A DNA stretch of 63,984 nt, filler included, from Cladosporium halotolerans (lineage: Eukaryota), in NCBI RefSeq assembly GCF_011745625.1. It is 5 parts of 5 records of this genome, joined end to end, with 100 filler letters (N's around TTAATTAATTAA, not from the genome) between each part and the next. Parts side by side here need not be neighbours in the genome. Positions count along the whole stretch, not along the records: positions 1 to 15,668 come from NW_027191559.1; 4 more parts are not named here. One strand, given 5' to 3'. The notes beneath the pieces are model-generated. The model was not told the DNA's origin and searched no databases. It worked only from the letters and a program-made list of their open reading frames with translations. Shown here in pieces: positions 1 through 11,375 of this stretch (within the stretch, counting starts at the first letter, position 1; every line of letters starts with the position of its first letter). A program made the position numbers and the translations under genes.

Positions 1-214
1 AGCGGTGCCAAGATGCAGGCGTCCAATACGCAGACCGGGACACGGTTCAAGCCGTCTCCTCCGATCGATCTGATCCTTCAGTTGCCAGGGAGTCGCGCTA
101 CGATACATCACCAAGCAGTCTGCACTGCATCTCTACCACATTAATATTTGCGAGTTCTCAAACATTCACGCTAGAAGCTTTGTCTATATCAAATCAAATT
201 TAGTATGCGTCGCG

Positions 215-859
215 ATGGCTAGGGAACAACGAACACTAAGGCCCTTAGCGCCTAAAATCACGACTACTCACACGTTGGATCCTGTCTTTCGGACGATCGA
301 CGCCAATTATAACGGCCTCTAAGCGCTGTCGCCGCCGATACTGCGGGTACGGAGAAGTTAGGTTAAAGTTACGTATATAGCTTATTAGAGGGGAAAAGCA
401 AAGGTAAGTTATACCTAGAAAAAACAAGAAGGCTCTAGAAGGGCTCTAACGCTTTAGTAGTGCGATAGCCGGCGACCTTCTTACGAACGTTATATAAAGA
501 AGGGCGTCCTTTACGAGTACGATATTAAACCTAACTCGATACGTTTCGTATCTCTCTAGCGAAAAATCACCGCGCTCTAAGCGGAAGTAAATAAGTTATA
601 CGGACTCTTTCACTATATTCGCACTTACTCCGGCCGTTAGGCTAGGGAATTGTTTTAGGAGATACGGGCGTCGAAAAGCCCTATCGACGTAGTAAAGGTA
701 TCGAGGATTCTACGCGGGTTCTATAAATATACTAAAGGTGAGATAGTGGAAATCGGAACTTATTAGGAGATAAGTCGATATACCTTTTAAGAATGCCTAT
801 AATAGTCCGGATTGGTTTTAAGCCTAGAGATCTGCCTCTTATTTCTAGCCTTCGAATAA
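215..859 (+). pseudogene. RIP-mutated short Zn(II)2Cys6 transcription factor gene
   Basis: ATG215 reads MAREQRTLRPLAPK...VKVTYIAY*RGKAK, then a GTAAGT..TAG intron, then CDSRRPSYERYIKKGVLYEYD. Reversing RIP changes (TAT/TAC to TGT/TGC, TAG to CAG) restores a CxxC-x6-C-x6-CxxC-x6-C cluster followed by a coiled coil. TpA is strongly enriched. Confidence 0.8.
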
Positions 860-909
860 AAACGTATATAGCTATCGTATAGCGGTTTAGTATTCTAGTA
901 CTATATAGG

Positions 910-1448
910 TAGACGCTAATACCGAATAGATTCGTCTTAGAAATAGGATATTATACTAAGTTATCGCTAGTGGTCTCGATACTTTATTAGCTTATAAAAT
1001 GTTTAGAACCGCTAAGACGCGACTATACTACGGTCGTGCGGGCGGTAAGCCCGCTATAACCCGCGGAGCTACCCGAGCGACTAAAAAATAGCTATAATCG
1101 CGATACCGGAGTATCTTCGCGTCTAGCCCTAGTTAGCGGGCCCTAAGACTAATCCTATAGAACGACTAGTCTAGCGCTTATTTATAAGCCGCAACCTCCG
1201 TTAATAATCCCTAACGACATGTATTTAGATATATAACGTTCTTCTTACCGTAGCGTATCTAGTATATCTCTATCTATCTTTATTCGGGCTACCTATCGCT
1301 TCTATAAAGGCTCGAAAGCTAAAGCGCCGAACGATAACGGCGACGATTTAGATAATAAAACGACTATCTACGCGATCGGTGCCCTAAAACCTAATTAGGT
1401 ACGTAGGTAAACGATAGGAGAATAGTAAGAGATAGGTAATTAATTAAG
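910..1448 (-). mobile_element. RIP relic (copy A) of the 5' region and accessory ORF of the pogo-like element at 4076-8443
   Basis: Colinear with about 7815-8350. For example gccctagttagcgggccctaagactaatcctatag (~1126) matches gccctagtcagcgggcctgtaggctgatcctggag (8039), with many C>T/G>A differences. Confidence 0.85.
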
Positions 1449-1450
1449 TA

Positions 1451-1614
1451 ACGTCTATCTATATATAGCGGGAATCTTCTAATATTCGCTCTATATCCGT
1501 TATCTACGCTATATCTTATTAATAACTTATCTTTTGCTATTCTCCTGTCGTTTACCTATAGGCTTAACCGCGTACCGAAGCACCGACCGCGTAGATAGCC
1601 GTTCTATTATCTAG
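1451..1614 (+). mobile_element. RIP relic (copy B): 5' terminus of the same pogo-like family inserted head-to-head into copy A
   Basis: TA(1449-1450)+ACGTCTATCTATATATAGCGGGAATC is a RIP form of the TIR TA+ACGTCCATCCACCTGTGCCGGGAATC at 8445-8418. Positions 1515-1614 are an inverted copy of 1348-1448. Confidence 0.8.
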
Positions 1615-2088
1615 GATATAGTCTAGTAGAGGTAAGTACGCCTACCCTCTATCCGTAAGTTTAAATGTTGTCTATGCTCCTACCAAATTTGGCTTGGCAG
1701 TAAGACTATCCAGCTTCTCAGCTATCTCTTTAGCTTTCATCTCTAATAAAAGCCTAAGTATAATAATAGTATACCATATTTAAAGAGATATCTATTAGCT
1801 ACTCCCTATTATAATTTGAAGTAATTCAAAGTAATACTAAGAGAGTTATAAATTCATCAAGTAGAGATCACGATCGACATAATAAAGTTGGTCACCTCCG
1901 CGGAGCCGGCGGGAGCTCCCGCGACCTTCAAACTTGCGGATGAAGGGTGGGCGTCGCGGCGATTGCGGTCCGGACCGAAAATTTCCGGTCTCAAAATCTG
2001 AGATTGCGACCGCGTTTGTTTGACGTCCTCGCATCCTTCTCTTTGTCCCGGATTGCTATTCGCAAAGCTTGATGCCCTGGTAAACAAC

Positions 2089-2506
2089 ATGAGCTTCATA
2101 GGGCTCTTATTCTGTACTGATTGCGGAAATCTGCTCCCGCGAGCAAATAGACAACAGATGCCGCACATCATATGCGATGTCTGCGCAAAGTCAAATAGCA
2201 GTATGCATGCCTTTGATATGCAGTATGAATTGCGCTGAACGTTTCGCAGACCAGTGGCCCGACGAACAAACTACGGTATCGCGACCCGAAGCATTTCCTT
2301 CATCATTGCGACGCAAACTCTTGTCGAATACGATCGAAATCTCACAGGATGTTGCCAACTCCCAACAGACTGCGAATGAAGAATGTCCTAGATGTCACAA
2401 TCCGCAGCTGCGATTCAGCGAGGCTCAACTGCGTAGCGCCGATGAGGGATCAACAATATTTTACACGTGCCCCAAATGCGATTACAAATTCAACACCAAC
2501 AATTAG
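2089..2506 (+). CDS. RPA12: RNA polymerase I subunit A12.2 (RPA12)-like protein, two zinc ribbons, one intron (2201-2249)
   Basis: N-terminal LFCTDCGNLL...CDVC. After the GTATGC..CAG intron comes the C-terminal TFIIS-type ribbon CPRC...QLRSADEGSTIFYTCPKC. Confidence 0.92.
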
Positions 2507-4933
2507 AACGGCACAAGAACGCCAGTCAGTCATGGGAATGCGGGACAAGGCACAGCGTACATCTGCCCTGATCTTGGAATCCATTTTTTTGGTTCTACAG
2601 ACATCTGAGGATTGCACTTGAGACTGGAGCCTAAGCGAGAGCAGCTGCGGTTCTTCGCAAGGGCCGCACTCAATGCCGCGCTCCGAAGCAGGCGCGCAAG
2701 AGGCAGAATGGCCTTGGAGGAACAGGCAGAGGAGTATCGTCCTGAACGCAGAGGTTGTATGTTACTTGCGGATTAGCGAGCAGGAGAACACGAAAAGCAG
2801 CATACGTGGTCAACTCCACTGGTACTCTGCCTGTAAAGCCTTCTGCGCACTTCAGGCATGTAGCTAAGATCAGAATTTCCATCACGCAAAAGCTGCCATC
2901 TTCGAAGTGTATCAACACATCTTCTTCATTTGTTCTGGCAGCTCCTGTAAATGGTTCGCGATGGGCGACTGAGTCGCGAAAGCAGGCCAGAAGCGCCCCG
3001 GACGTTCTTGGGGCGGGCATAGTTACTAATTTAGTGACAACATGGGTGGGCGCTGTTTCAGGTGCAGCGCTTAAACAATGGAGCGGCGCCCCCAGCTACC
3101 CTGTGTTGATCAAGGCAGGTAAGGGCAAAGAGTAGCACATTGTTCTGGCTTCTTGGAAGCTAATCAGAATGTTTTATGGCTTGCATGGACAGCGTTTCAG
3201 CCCCGTCGCTTAACGCCTGCGGCGGCGCAGGCAGCATGCCTTCCTGAAACATCCGATTGCGAGGTGAGCAGCTTTGACAGTATATGAGCTACTGTATTCT
3301 TCTCACCTCTCATTCATTCTCTGTTCCCACTCAAACACAGCGATTGAACTACGCAGCCCAAAGATCAAAGCAGTCTGATCCATTCGACTATTACCGGCAA
3401 CCCACTTCACGTGAGGATTCCATGAGCACAATTCTTATCAAGCTGATCTAAGAATAGAGACAGCATGTGCGGCTTCGAAACCTTCCACTATCTTGGATGC
3501 GGCCACGACAGACCAATGGCATGGAAGCATTGTCCAGCTTCTGGAACCACTGGCAGACATACCCATCTTGGATTCACAACCAACGTGGCAGGCAAATGCC
3601 CTGATTGCGGGAAGGCTCAGAAGAAATGATGTGAAAATGCATATTTAGGATTGACTAGCTGGCTAGCCAGTCTCAGAATTGTGAGTGTGGAAATGCAAGC
3701 AGACCGGAGTTCACTCGCTGACACATCAACACAGCGGGTACTGTCTTGTGATGGACTGGTCGAATATGGCCTTTCTCAAACGTAAATATTATGCTGGCTT
3801 GCTTTTATTTCTCTCGGCTACCACAATATGTATCATCCAACAAACCCTTTCTATCCACCGTCCCATCCTTTATAGAACTGTCTGCCAGCTTGAAGCTGGC
3901 CTCGCGAAAAAGGTCATGAAGGCCCAGCAAGCTTGCTCCGCCTGCCCCGCGCGGCTAGTAAGGTCGACATGTCATAAAATGAGAAAAGCATCAAAAGCTT
4001 ACAGTCGTTCCAAAGTCTCTTCGGGAGTCGCAGGACACCCTGTGTGACAGATATCTGGCACAAGTTCCATGTGTAACGCCCATCTCTGTCCTGGGACACC
4101 CTGCGTGACGGGACACTTCTCCCATGATTTGCTCTGTATCCTTTTTCCGCGTCGTGCTTAACTTGTAATCTAACAATATTCCTTGCGTTTCTCCGCACAC
4201 AGACGAAGATTGAGATGCTTGCGATTCGCCACACGCAGGATGCCATCCTGACGCACTGGATACCGTATGCAGCTACTCCTTTTGATTCGACGGCCGGCTC
4301 ACCGGTCGATGCAAGGTGATGCAGCGTCGCTTTAGCATATCAACGCGCAGGTGAACGGCGAATGAGGGTCCGCCTAGGCGCATTACCCCACATCTGAAGC
4401 TGCCCGTCATGCTCAAGATGCAGCTTTTGGTCCTCAAAGAACCGTCGCGGGATGTCAATGCCTTCATGTGTTGCTTTTCAAGTTCACTGACTATGGCTCA
4501 TGTCCTAAGCGCCGATTTCACGTACAGTGGCAGCTTGGAATGGCACCGCTATTCACCAAAGATCGCAACATGCGAAGGGCAAATCATGTGTGATGTCATG
4601 TGGGTTGCACACAGCCTTGCAGTCTCGGAGGCAAACGGCGGTTCTGCAACGAATTTCCCGAAATCTGCACGAGGGCAATCTTTCTTGCGTGTTCGCTTGA
4701 TGTACTTCTTGCATAGCGCCAAAGAAGCACATATCAGGACTTCGCTTGCGCAGTCAGAGCTCATCATAGGACGACGATCAAGTCACATGTGCGGGCAAGG
4801 ACGCAACAGCTTCAACAAAAAGCGCAGACTGGAAGATATAAAGGATTAGCACCTTCGCTTCCGTTGCAGTATGGCTACGAATCGCAATATGAGTATTCTG
4901 GTATCGACATTGGGTGCCCATTGAGACTTTGAA

Positions 4934-5802
4934 ATGGAGATTGTGACGCTAGTAACACCCTCCGGGGAGAGGTGTTGCTTGCCCTGGGAAAGATGCATAT
5001 CCTGGCAGGTAAGTAGGTATTCGGTCAAATGGGTTCGGAGACGATTGTTAAAAGCATTCACAAGGTCGTTGAACCATTGATTGCAGCCTACATACGAAAT
5101 CAAGGACATCGGCAACAGTTCAAGGACGGAAAGTTCATGCTGACCAATTCCGCTGGCCTTACCATTTCCCCTTTGGTGTGGCCAGCAGGCGTTCTTCCTG
5201 GATCAGAGGCGGTTTTACGCATCACATCCGATCTCGATGACAATTTCAATGGGGCACACTCCCCCAGCCAGTCGATTCAAGACCATGTTGACCATAGCTG
5301 CAGTCGCATAGCAGTAAGGGTTGATGAAGCTCTGTCACGACTCGAAGAGGTAGATCGACACATCAGTGCATTCCACCGAACAGTCAATGAAAGCATCGAA
5401 GCGCGGCACCAGGACCAGATTGCCCACGAGACACAGACAGAAAGGTTCAGAGAAACTCGGTGTGATGCTCGGGAGCGTGAGCGCGAACTCGAAAGAGATC
5501 GGAGAGACAGAGAACGGGAGTCGGAAAGGGACAGGCGACAGCGCGAAAGAGAGAATACGCAAGACATCACACAAGGTGGGAGGCCGCTTATAACAAGCGC
5601 GCAAGATCCGGCGCAATTTCTCAGCGCAAATACAACCATGGAGACTGATCTGAGGGCACTGACAGACCAGGTCAGAGAGATAGGCGCAACATTGCAGCGC
5701 GCATGTAGAGAACGCGTCCCGTTCGGCCAAAGTGTTATCGTCTGCAGGAGACGGAGACTGAGATGCTTGCGGTACTTCGCGTGCAGAACGCCGCTTCAAT
5801 AG
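4934..5802 (+). pseudogene. Fungal ubiquitin-like-domain protein with an RE-rich coiled coil, probably frameshifted in exon 1
   Basis: VTLVTPSGERCCLPW..(CISWQ after a 1-nt shift), a GTAAGT intron, then IHKVVEPLI...GKFMLTNSAGLTISPLVWPAGVLPGSEAVLRI. This resembles the fungal ubiquitin-like domain pattern (..FPF..C.TWQ...G.YDL....G.II.P.VW..VI.P). An ERERDRR tract follows. Confidence 0.55.
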
Positions 5803-5975
5803 TTGCCGTGGGCGGCACTATAACATCTTGCAGATTCAAGTATCTTGAAGTTGATATAATGAAACTCATGAATACTTGTCTCGCTAATCTGCCGAAATGC
5901 CGATGCGCTCACGCTCCAGCCCGTGACCAAACCAGATCCTCAAATGGCAAGTCGCTTGAGACAGTCAGAAATCTT

Positions 5976-7718
5976 TCAGTACATACGCGCGACTGGCGCT
6001 GCACCAGGACAAGGAGGAATGGGCGCTGCTGTGTGCTGTGCTTGAGCCATCAAGAGCGCGTCATCGGCCGATTCCGCAGCAGTTAGAAGCGGTGACTGGA
6101 AAGTCGCATCCAGAACGGCTTCCTCTTCACTCTTGCGCTTCCGTCGCTGCTTTTTCGCAGCTTTCCTGGCATCTTTCTCAGCTCGCTTCGCTCTCGCCTC
6201 AAAAAGATCCTCGTAACTCATCACTTTCGCTTTGCCAAGGACCAGCGACTTCGTCGCACGGCGGACTTTGGCTTCGTCATTTCTCTTGAGCAGGGATTTG
6301 ATACGTTCTTGCTGAAGAACGCCCCTAGCAATGGACGTTTGAGCTCCTTTAGTGAGCTTCTGAAGGTGTCGCTGAATGCTCTGCTTTCCTATCTCCTCCA
6401 GCGTGTGTGCATCCCTCTCCAGAATGAAGTCACGCAGCGCTAGGAAAGCCTCTGCCGTCACTGGCGTTTCGGGTGTGATGGGCGCTGCAGGGACTCTGGG
6501 CGTTTCGTCTTGACAAGTGGCAGAACTTGACGTCGTTTCCCCACCGGCTTCCGGGGCCGGCAACTCGGCGAGAGGCTTCACCAAGTCCTTCATCACTCGT
6601 TCTGGGTTCAGTGGGTAAAGCCCGCCTTTGCTCCAGCCTGCGAGGATATTCTTCCTCGTAAACGCTTTCTTTCTTGCATAGCTGTATAGAGATGTAAAGT
6701 GTTGCTTCCCAATGGCGTTAACACCGCCCCGTTCCAGGCGCTCAACGGCATCGCGATACGCTGCTTTCAAGGGGGCGAAGACAGCAATGTCACACGGCTG
6801 CAACTTATGAGATGTGTGGGAAGGTAGCCGGCGTAGACGGATGTCACTGGCGAAGCAGTGCTCTAGGATCTCGAGCGTCTCGTGCGTGCCGAAACCATCA
6901 CAGATCAGCAACCGTTTCTTACCCCTTGCTCGTTCCTTGGTCTGCGGGTCGAACACCTTTTTAAGCCACTCGAGGCTTATTTTGGAGTCAGTGTAGCCAG
7001 ACTTGGAACACGCATAATGCCATCCTGGTGTGGGGTGCGTCGTCCAGTTGCCTCTATGGGTGGCCGCTGGCCAAATGACCATAGGGTTCAGAAATCTACC
7101 ATCGGCACTGATGCACTCGATCGCAGTAACCATCGTTCGCTCTACTCGTGCACCTCGATAATCCCGTTGGTCATCCTTTCCTACGAGCACCTTAACAGAA
7201 CCGAGCATAGAGAGCATGACTCCGGTCTCGTCCATGTTGTACACATTCTCTGCCACGATTGCGTCGTCACCCAGTACTTTACTAATCACGTCAAACCAGT
7301 GTTCTACCTTCGGGTATATGTTCTTGTCATGGCGCTTCCAATTTAGTGGTTTCGCTCGTCAGGTTTGTAGCTCTGGATGCCTTCTCTCGAAAGCTTTGGT
7401 CCAATTCTTGTTTGGTGCTTGGGCTGGTCTGTCCACTTCCAGTCAATGGCGGGTCACACTGAAAGCTATTGATGGTATGAACTTGTTCCGTACAGGTGTT
7501 CCCAGGTCGGACATCTCCAGGATAAACTCAATCACGGCCTTCTCCTCGAATGGCGTGAGGTATTGCTGGGCCTGGGCTTTTGCTTCGATGGATCTGCGGC
7601 CACGCGCACGAGCGTGGAGGGTAGAAAGTGGAACATCCCGGTGATCTGCAATAGCACGCAACGATCTTGGTACGCCTGCGGGAACACCTTGCGCCAAAGC
7701 CAGACTGGCTCTGTCCAT
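5976..7718 (-). pseudogene. pogo/Fot1-type DDE_1 transposase (~580 codons) with two premature TGA stops
   Basis: ORFs 7443-7718 (HTH, VPLSTLHARARGRRS) and 5976-7289 are in one frame, separated by two TGA codons that are probably CGA>TGA. Catalytic motifs are NMDETG, ICDGFGTH and LQPCDIAVF. Confidence 0.95.
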
Positions 7719-7814
7719 CCTCGCGATGTGGCCACGCCGTCGAGGTACAGCGGTACACTAGCAGAACCGGTGGGGAGCTCGGGGGAGGACCGGCTGGGGA
7801 AGCGGCCGACCCTG

Positions 7815-8297
7815 TCAAATGCCAAGCATTGCAAGGCTCTGGCGCGCGATCTTCCATGCAGTTTCCATGTGAGCTTGCTTCGCCTCCTGCGGAACACTGA
7901 CCGCCGTTTCGATATCAAAACCTTCGAGACAGGATTCCCCTCCACACGGGCGGACGGTAAGCCCGCGTTGCCGCGCGGTTCTACCCGAGCAAATCGCGAA
8001 GAGCGAAAGCCGCGACACCGGAGCGCATTCGCGCCTAGCCCTAGTCAGCGGGCCTGTAGGCTGATCCTGGAGAAAGACCAGCCTGGCGCTTATTTCTAAG
8101 CCACAGCCTTCATCAACGGTCCCTAGCGGGATGCGTTTGGATCTACAATCTTCTTCTGACCGCAGCACATTCAGCGCACCTGCTTTCAACTCCACTTGGA
8201 TTACATGTCGCCTTTCCGCGAGCTCAAAAGCTGGAGCGTCAAACCATGACGGCGACAATTTGGACGAAGGAACAACTATCCACGCGATCGGTGCTCT
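7815..8297 (-). CDS. Small accessory ORF (~150-160 aa, unknown function) between the 5' TIR and the transposase; start codon unclear
   Basis: Open frame APIAWIVVPSSKLSPSWFDAPAFEL...GCGLEISARLVFL...AMLGI*. The same sequence is recognisable in the RIP copy at 910-1400. Confidence 0.55.
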   Translation of the reverse strand, partial: RAPIAWIVVPSSKLSPSWFDAPAFELAERRHVIQVELKAGALNVLRSEEDCRSKRIPLGTVDEGCGLEISARLVFLQDQPTGPLTRARRECAPVSRLSLFAICSGRTARQRGLTVRPCGGESCLEGFDIETAVSVPQEAKQAHMETAWKIARQSLAMLGI

Positions 8298-9319
8298 GAC
8301 ACATGGTCAGCCCGATTGGTAAATGACAGAAGAATAGTAAGAAATGGCTTATTTACCAAAATGGATGTGGACAATGGATACAAGGCGAAGATTAGAAAAG
8401 GTGTCCCGGCACAGGTGGATTCCCGGCACAGGTGGATGGACGTTACTCCCGTTGAAAAGGCTCGACCGCAGTACGAGTAAGTGTACTGGCCTCTGGCAGA
8501 TGACGAGACGAGTAAAACGACATGAAGCGATGGATAGACACTGTTTGCAACACAGACACACCGTTGAACGATATGATTCAGAGAAGATGGACTTGCTCTC
8601 ACGTTTTGCGCACGGGTAACTTTCGTTGATTAGACGGATCAGATATCGTAAAATCGGCTTTCCCTTTGTAGGCAAATTCTACTTTCCCTGGAGTTTCCAT
8701 GCACTGGCTCGTGTCTGGAAGTATCACTTCCAAAAGTCGTCCATGTTTACTTGGGGAGCTGGTGCTCTCGGCATCCCTTGCTCTAATTTTTTGCGGTCTT
8801 TGATGACTTGCTCGCCCAAGATCCACGCATTCCCGCGTTAAATGCATGATCTCCGTTGGACGAAATATCTGTTGCACCAAGGCCAATGATCTTATTGAAA
8901 ACAAGGGGACCATCGTATCGGAAGTCCTCTGGAAATCGAGTGATGCATCGATCTCCGCGCTTGATGCAGAAAAGCGGTGCAACTTCACGCGATTCCACGG
9001 CTACATTCTTCGGTAGGAGCAAATAGTACCGTAAGCGGTGCCAGCGACCAACCTCTGACCTCAGATTTACACTAAATCTGTTGCATTCACAGCCACACCG
9101 ACCCTCTGTCGTAGTCGATAAGGCGTCGGTTCATTTGGCCTTGGACAACGCCTTACGAAGAGTTGCATAGGTTAACATTCCTCCCCGGCGACTCAATGGC
9201 GAGGCTCGCCGCCACCAGAGTCTCCTGCCTCAATCGCAATCTGACAATCCCCTTTCGCCAGCTAGCCACAAGCCAAAAGATGGTGTGCACAGTAGCTTCT
9301 ATTTAGTCGAGTATCATTT

Positions 9320-11375
9320 TCAGGGCACTGCGTCAAACAAGATGCGCTGAAGATTTTCCAACGTCTCATGGTTTCGACGAACTGTCGGAGATATGGTCGC
9401 ATGTCTCTCCAGGAAATTGACAGTGCGATCAAGGACATGTCGGAGGCGCTCCGCGTTCACAAGCGGTCTTAGGTACCAGTCGCGGAATACCGCACACAGT
9501 AGTAACATGATGGTGAAGTTACTGGTTTCAATGTCAGAAAACAAGCTGTTGGAAGCGGAGCGGGATCACTCACATGTAGGCAGTGCTTTGTAGATCCGCC
9601 ACGATCAACCGATGTGGCACTTGGTCAAATGCCAGGAGGGTTTGGAAAGCGGCTTCGATACAGGATCGGCGACCATCCATAAATCGTTCCTCTTTCATTG
9701 CCGCAATGGCTTCATAGACAAACACCTCGGCCCGCAAGTTCGTGATGACACAAATTTCTACAGCGGCTTGCTTGACTGTGTAGCCGATATCATAGTATGG
9801 CCGGATGTTCAGAGCGAAGCTTAAGAAGGGCCTATACATAAAGTACCGGACCCTCCAGTATTTGGCACGCAGCCGCGCATGGAGCATGTCGCAGGGAGGA
9901 CCATCCGAGTCATTCCATTGCAGATTCTTGGGCAGATGGTCTCTCCACTCCTGAAGAACAGTTCCGCAATTCATCAGCTCAAATCTTAAAACGTGAAATG
10001 TGGAATGGCGCTCTTGCCTGTATAGTCGATCATACAGGTCCGCAAGATGCTTCTCCAAGGAAATTTGCGCAGTCAAGAAGAGGAGCAGCTCTTCGGGAGG
10101 TCCTCTTGTAAATTGGACTTGCGACGTTGCTTGACAACTTTCTGTTCCAGACCAGTCTTGCGGCAAAGATAAGAAAGTGGAGAGCTCCGCAAGATGACTT
10201 GTGCGAGTATCCTCATGGGGCGGAGCTTCGTTCTCCAGCTGCAAACACGACCAAGCGGCGATCAGTGTCAACGACTCACTAAAGGTCCGTGGAAGTTCAC
10301 ATGGCGGAGTAGCGTGGATACTCGTGCCATAGATATCGTTCGCGCCGAACACTTTTCGGAGAGTCTGGCCCGCTATCGCAAACCATGATTTGCTCTCTTT
10401 GACGCGGTCAAAGTGGGCAGCAAAGAGACCGGCCAGCAGATACACCTGAGCACACGTCAGGGTTTTGTCTTGAGACGCTACCAAAAGAGATCTCATGGCT
10501 TGCGTGTACCACTTCGCACCCGGAAGAGAACAAGGATTGCCAAACTCGCGGCTTACATCTCTTTGCTGGCATGACGAAGACTTCGTTTGTTCGCATACCT
10601 CGCCAAGTGCTAGTACCAGAAGTATCAACACATTGTCCAGGTCAACTCTTTGGGAAGATGCGAATACCTGCAAGGCATTTCGACGCTTCGAGTGTCCGTC
10701 CGGGGCCTCATGGGCACCAGATCTGTGGGCGCTCACTCTCGCAACGTTGCTCATGATATAGTCATCAAGAAGCTCTCGGACGTTGCGTATGTCGAGAAAA
10801 GGGTAAATGCTATGGATCTGCTCCACATAATTGGCAAAGTAGCTGTTGATGGTGGTGGCTGCAAGTTCCGGGCTTTCGCGGCGCGAGTTTAGCCCAGGCA
10901 GCGACATGGTCGGTTCTGCGTATATCCGAAGGCTCTGCTGAGAGTGACTGCTAATCGTCGTCTGGCTTCCAGAGATATGTTCCATAAGATTGGCCACGCT
11001 TGGCCAAAACAAGATCGATTTTGGTGTTACCGTGCTGCGGGAGCTTGGCCCGGTGTCGGGTTCAAGCTGTTCAGACCGTAGCTGCTCCATCTGCAGGGCT
11101 ATTCCATCGCCTTCATGCTGCGCGGAGATCTTTCGACGCCTTGGTAGAGCATCCAGAGGCCGTTGGGATCGGGCACAGGCGACATACTCGCAAGTAACGC
11201 CACGGCTGCTGCATCCAGCACAGGTTGGTCTTCTGTCACAACGTTTCTTCAGCCTACGGCATTCCTCGCAAGCCCCCCCTGACCTTTTTGGCCGTCTCAC
11301 TTGTCCAGAGATGGCAAGTCGCTGCGACTTCAGGTCTCGACGATTTCCCAGCTTGCTGGAATAAGAGATGGTCAT
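9320..11375 (-). CDS. Zn(II)2Cys6 transcription factor, FTF1/FTF2-like family, with one 3' intron (~9550-9575)
   Basis: CEECRRLKKRCDRRPTCAGCSSRGVTC cluster. Family-type motifs are LILLVLALGEVC, AWSCLQLE, LTAQISLEKHL and DMLHARLRAKYW...YRPF. A last exon frame lies at 9320-9544. Confidence 0.85.

Larger units (their letters stand above)
4076..8443 (-). mobile_element. pogo/Fot1-like DNA transposon carrying an accessory ORF and a cargo gene (putative extent ~4.4 kb)
   Basis: Clear TIR at 8401-8443 ending ACGT+TA, with two 17-bp internal direct repeats. A degenerate partner at TA+4076-4116 matches about 30/43 by eye. A DDE_1 transposase lies inside. The left boundary is uncertain. Confidence 0.6.

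Noticed and set aside
8450..9060. Possible gene remnant on the minus strand next to the TIR
   Set aside because: Broken frames with no recognisable motif, so no product can be supported.
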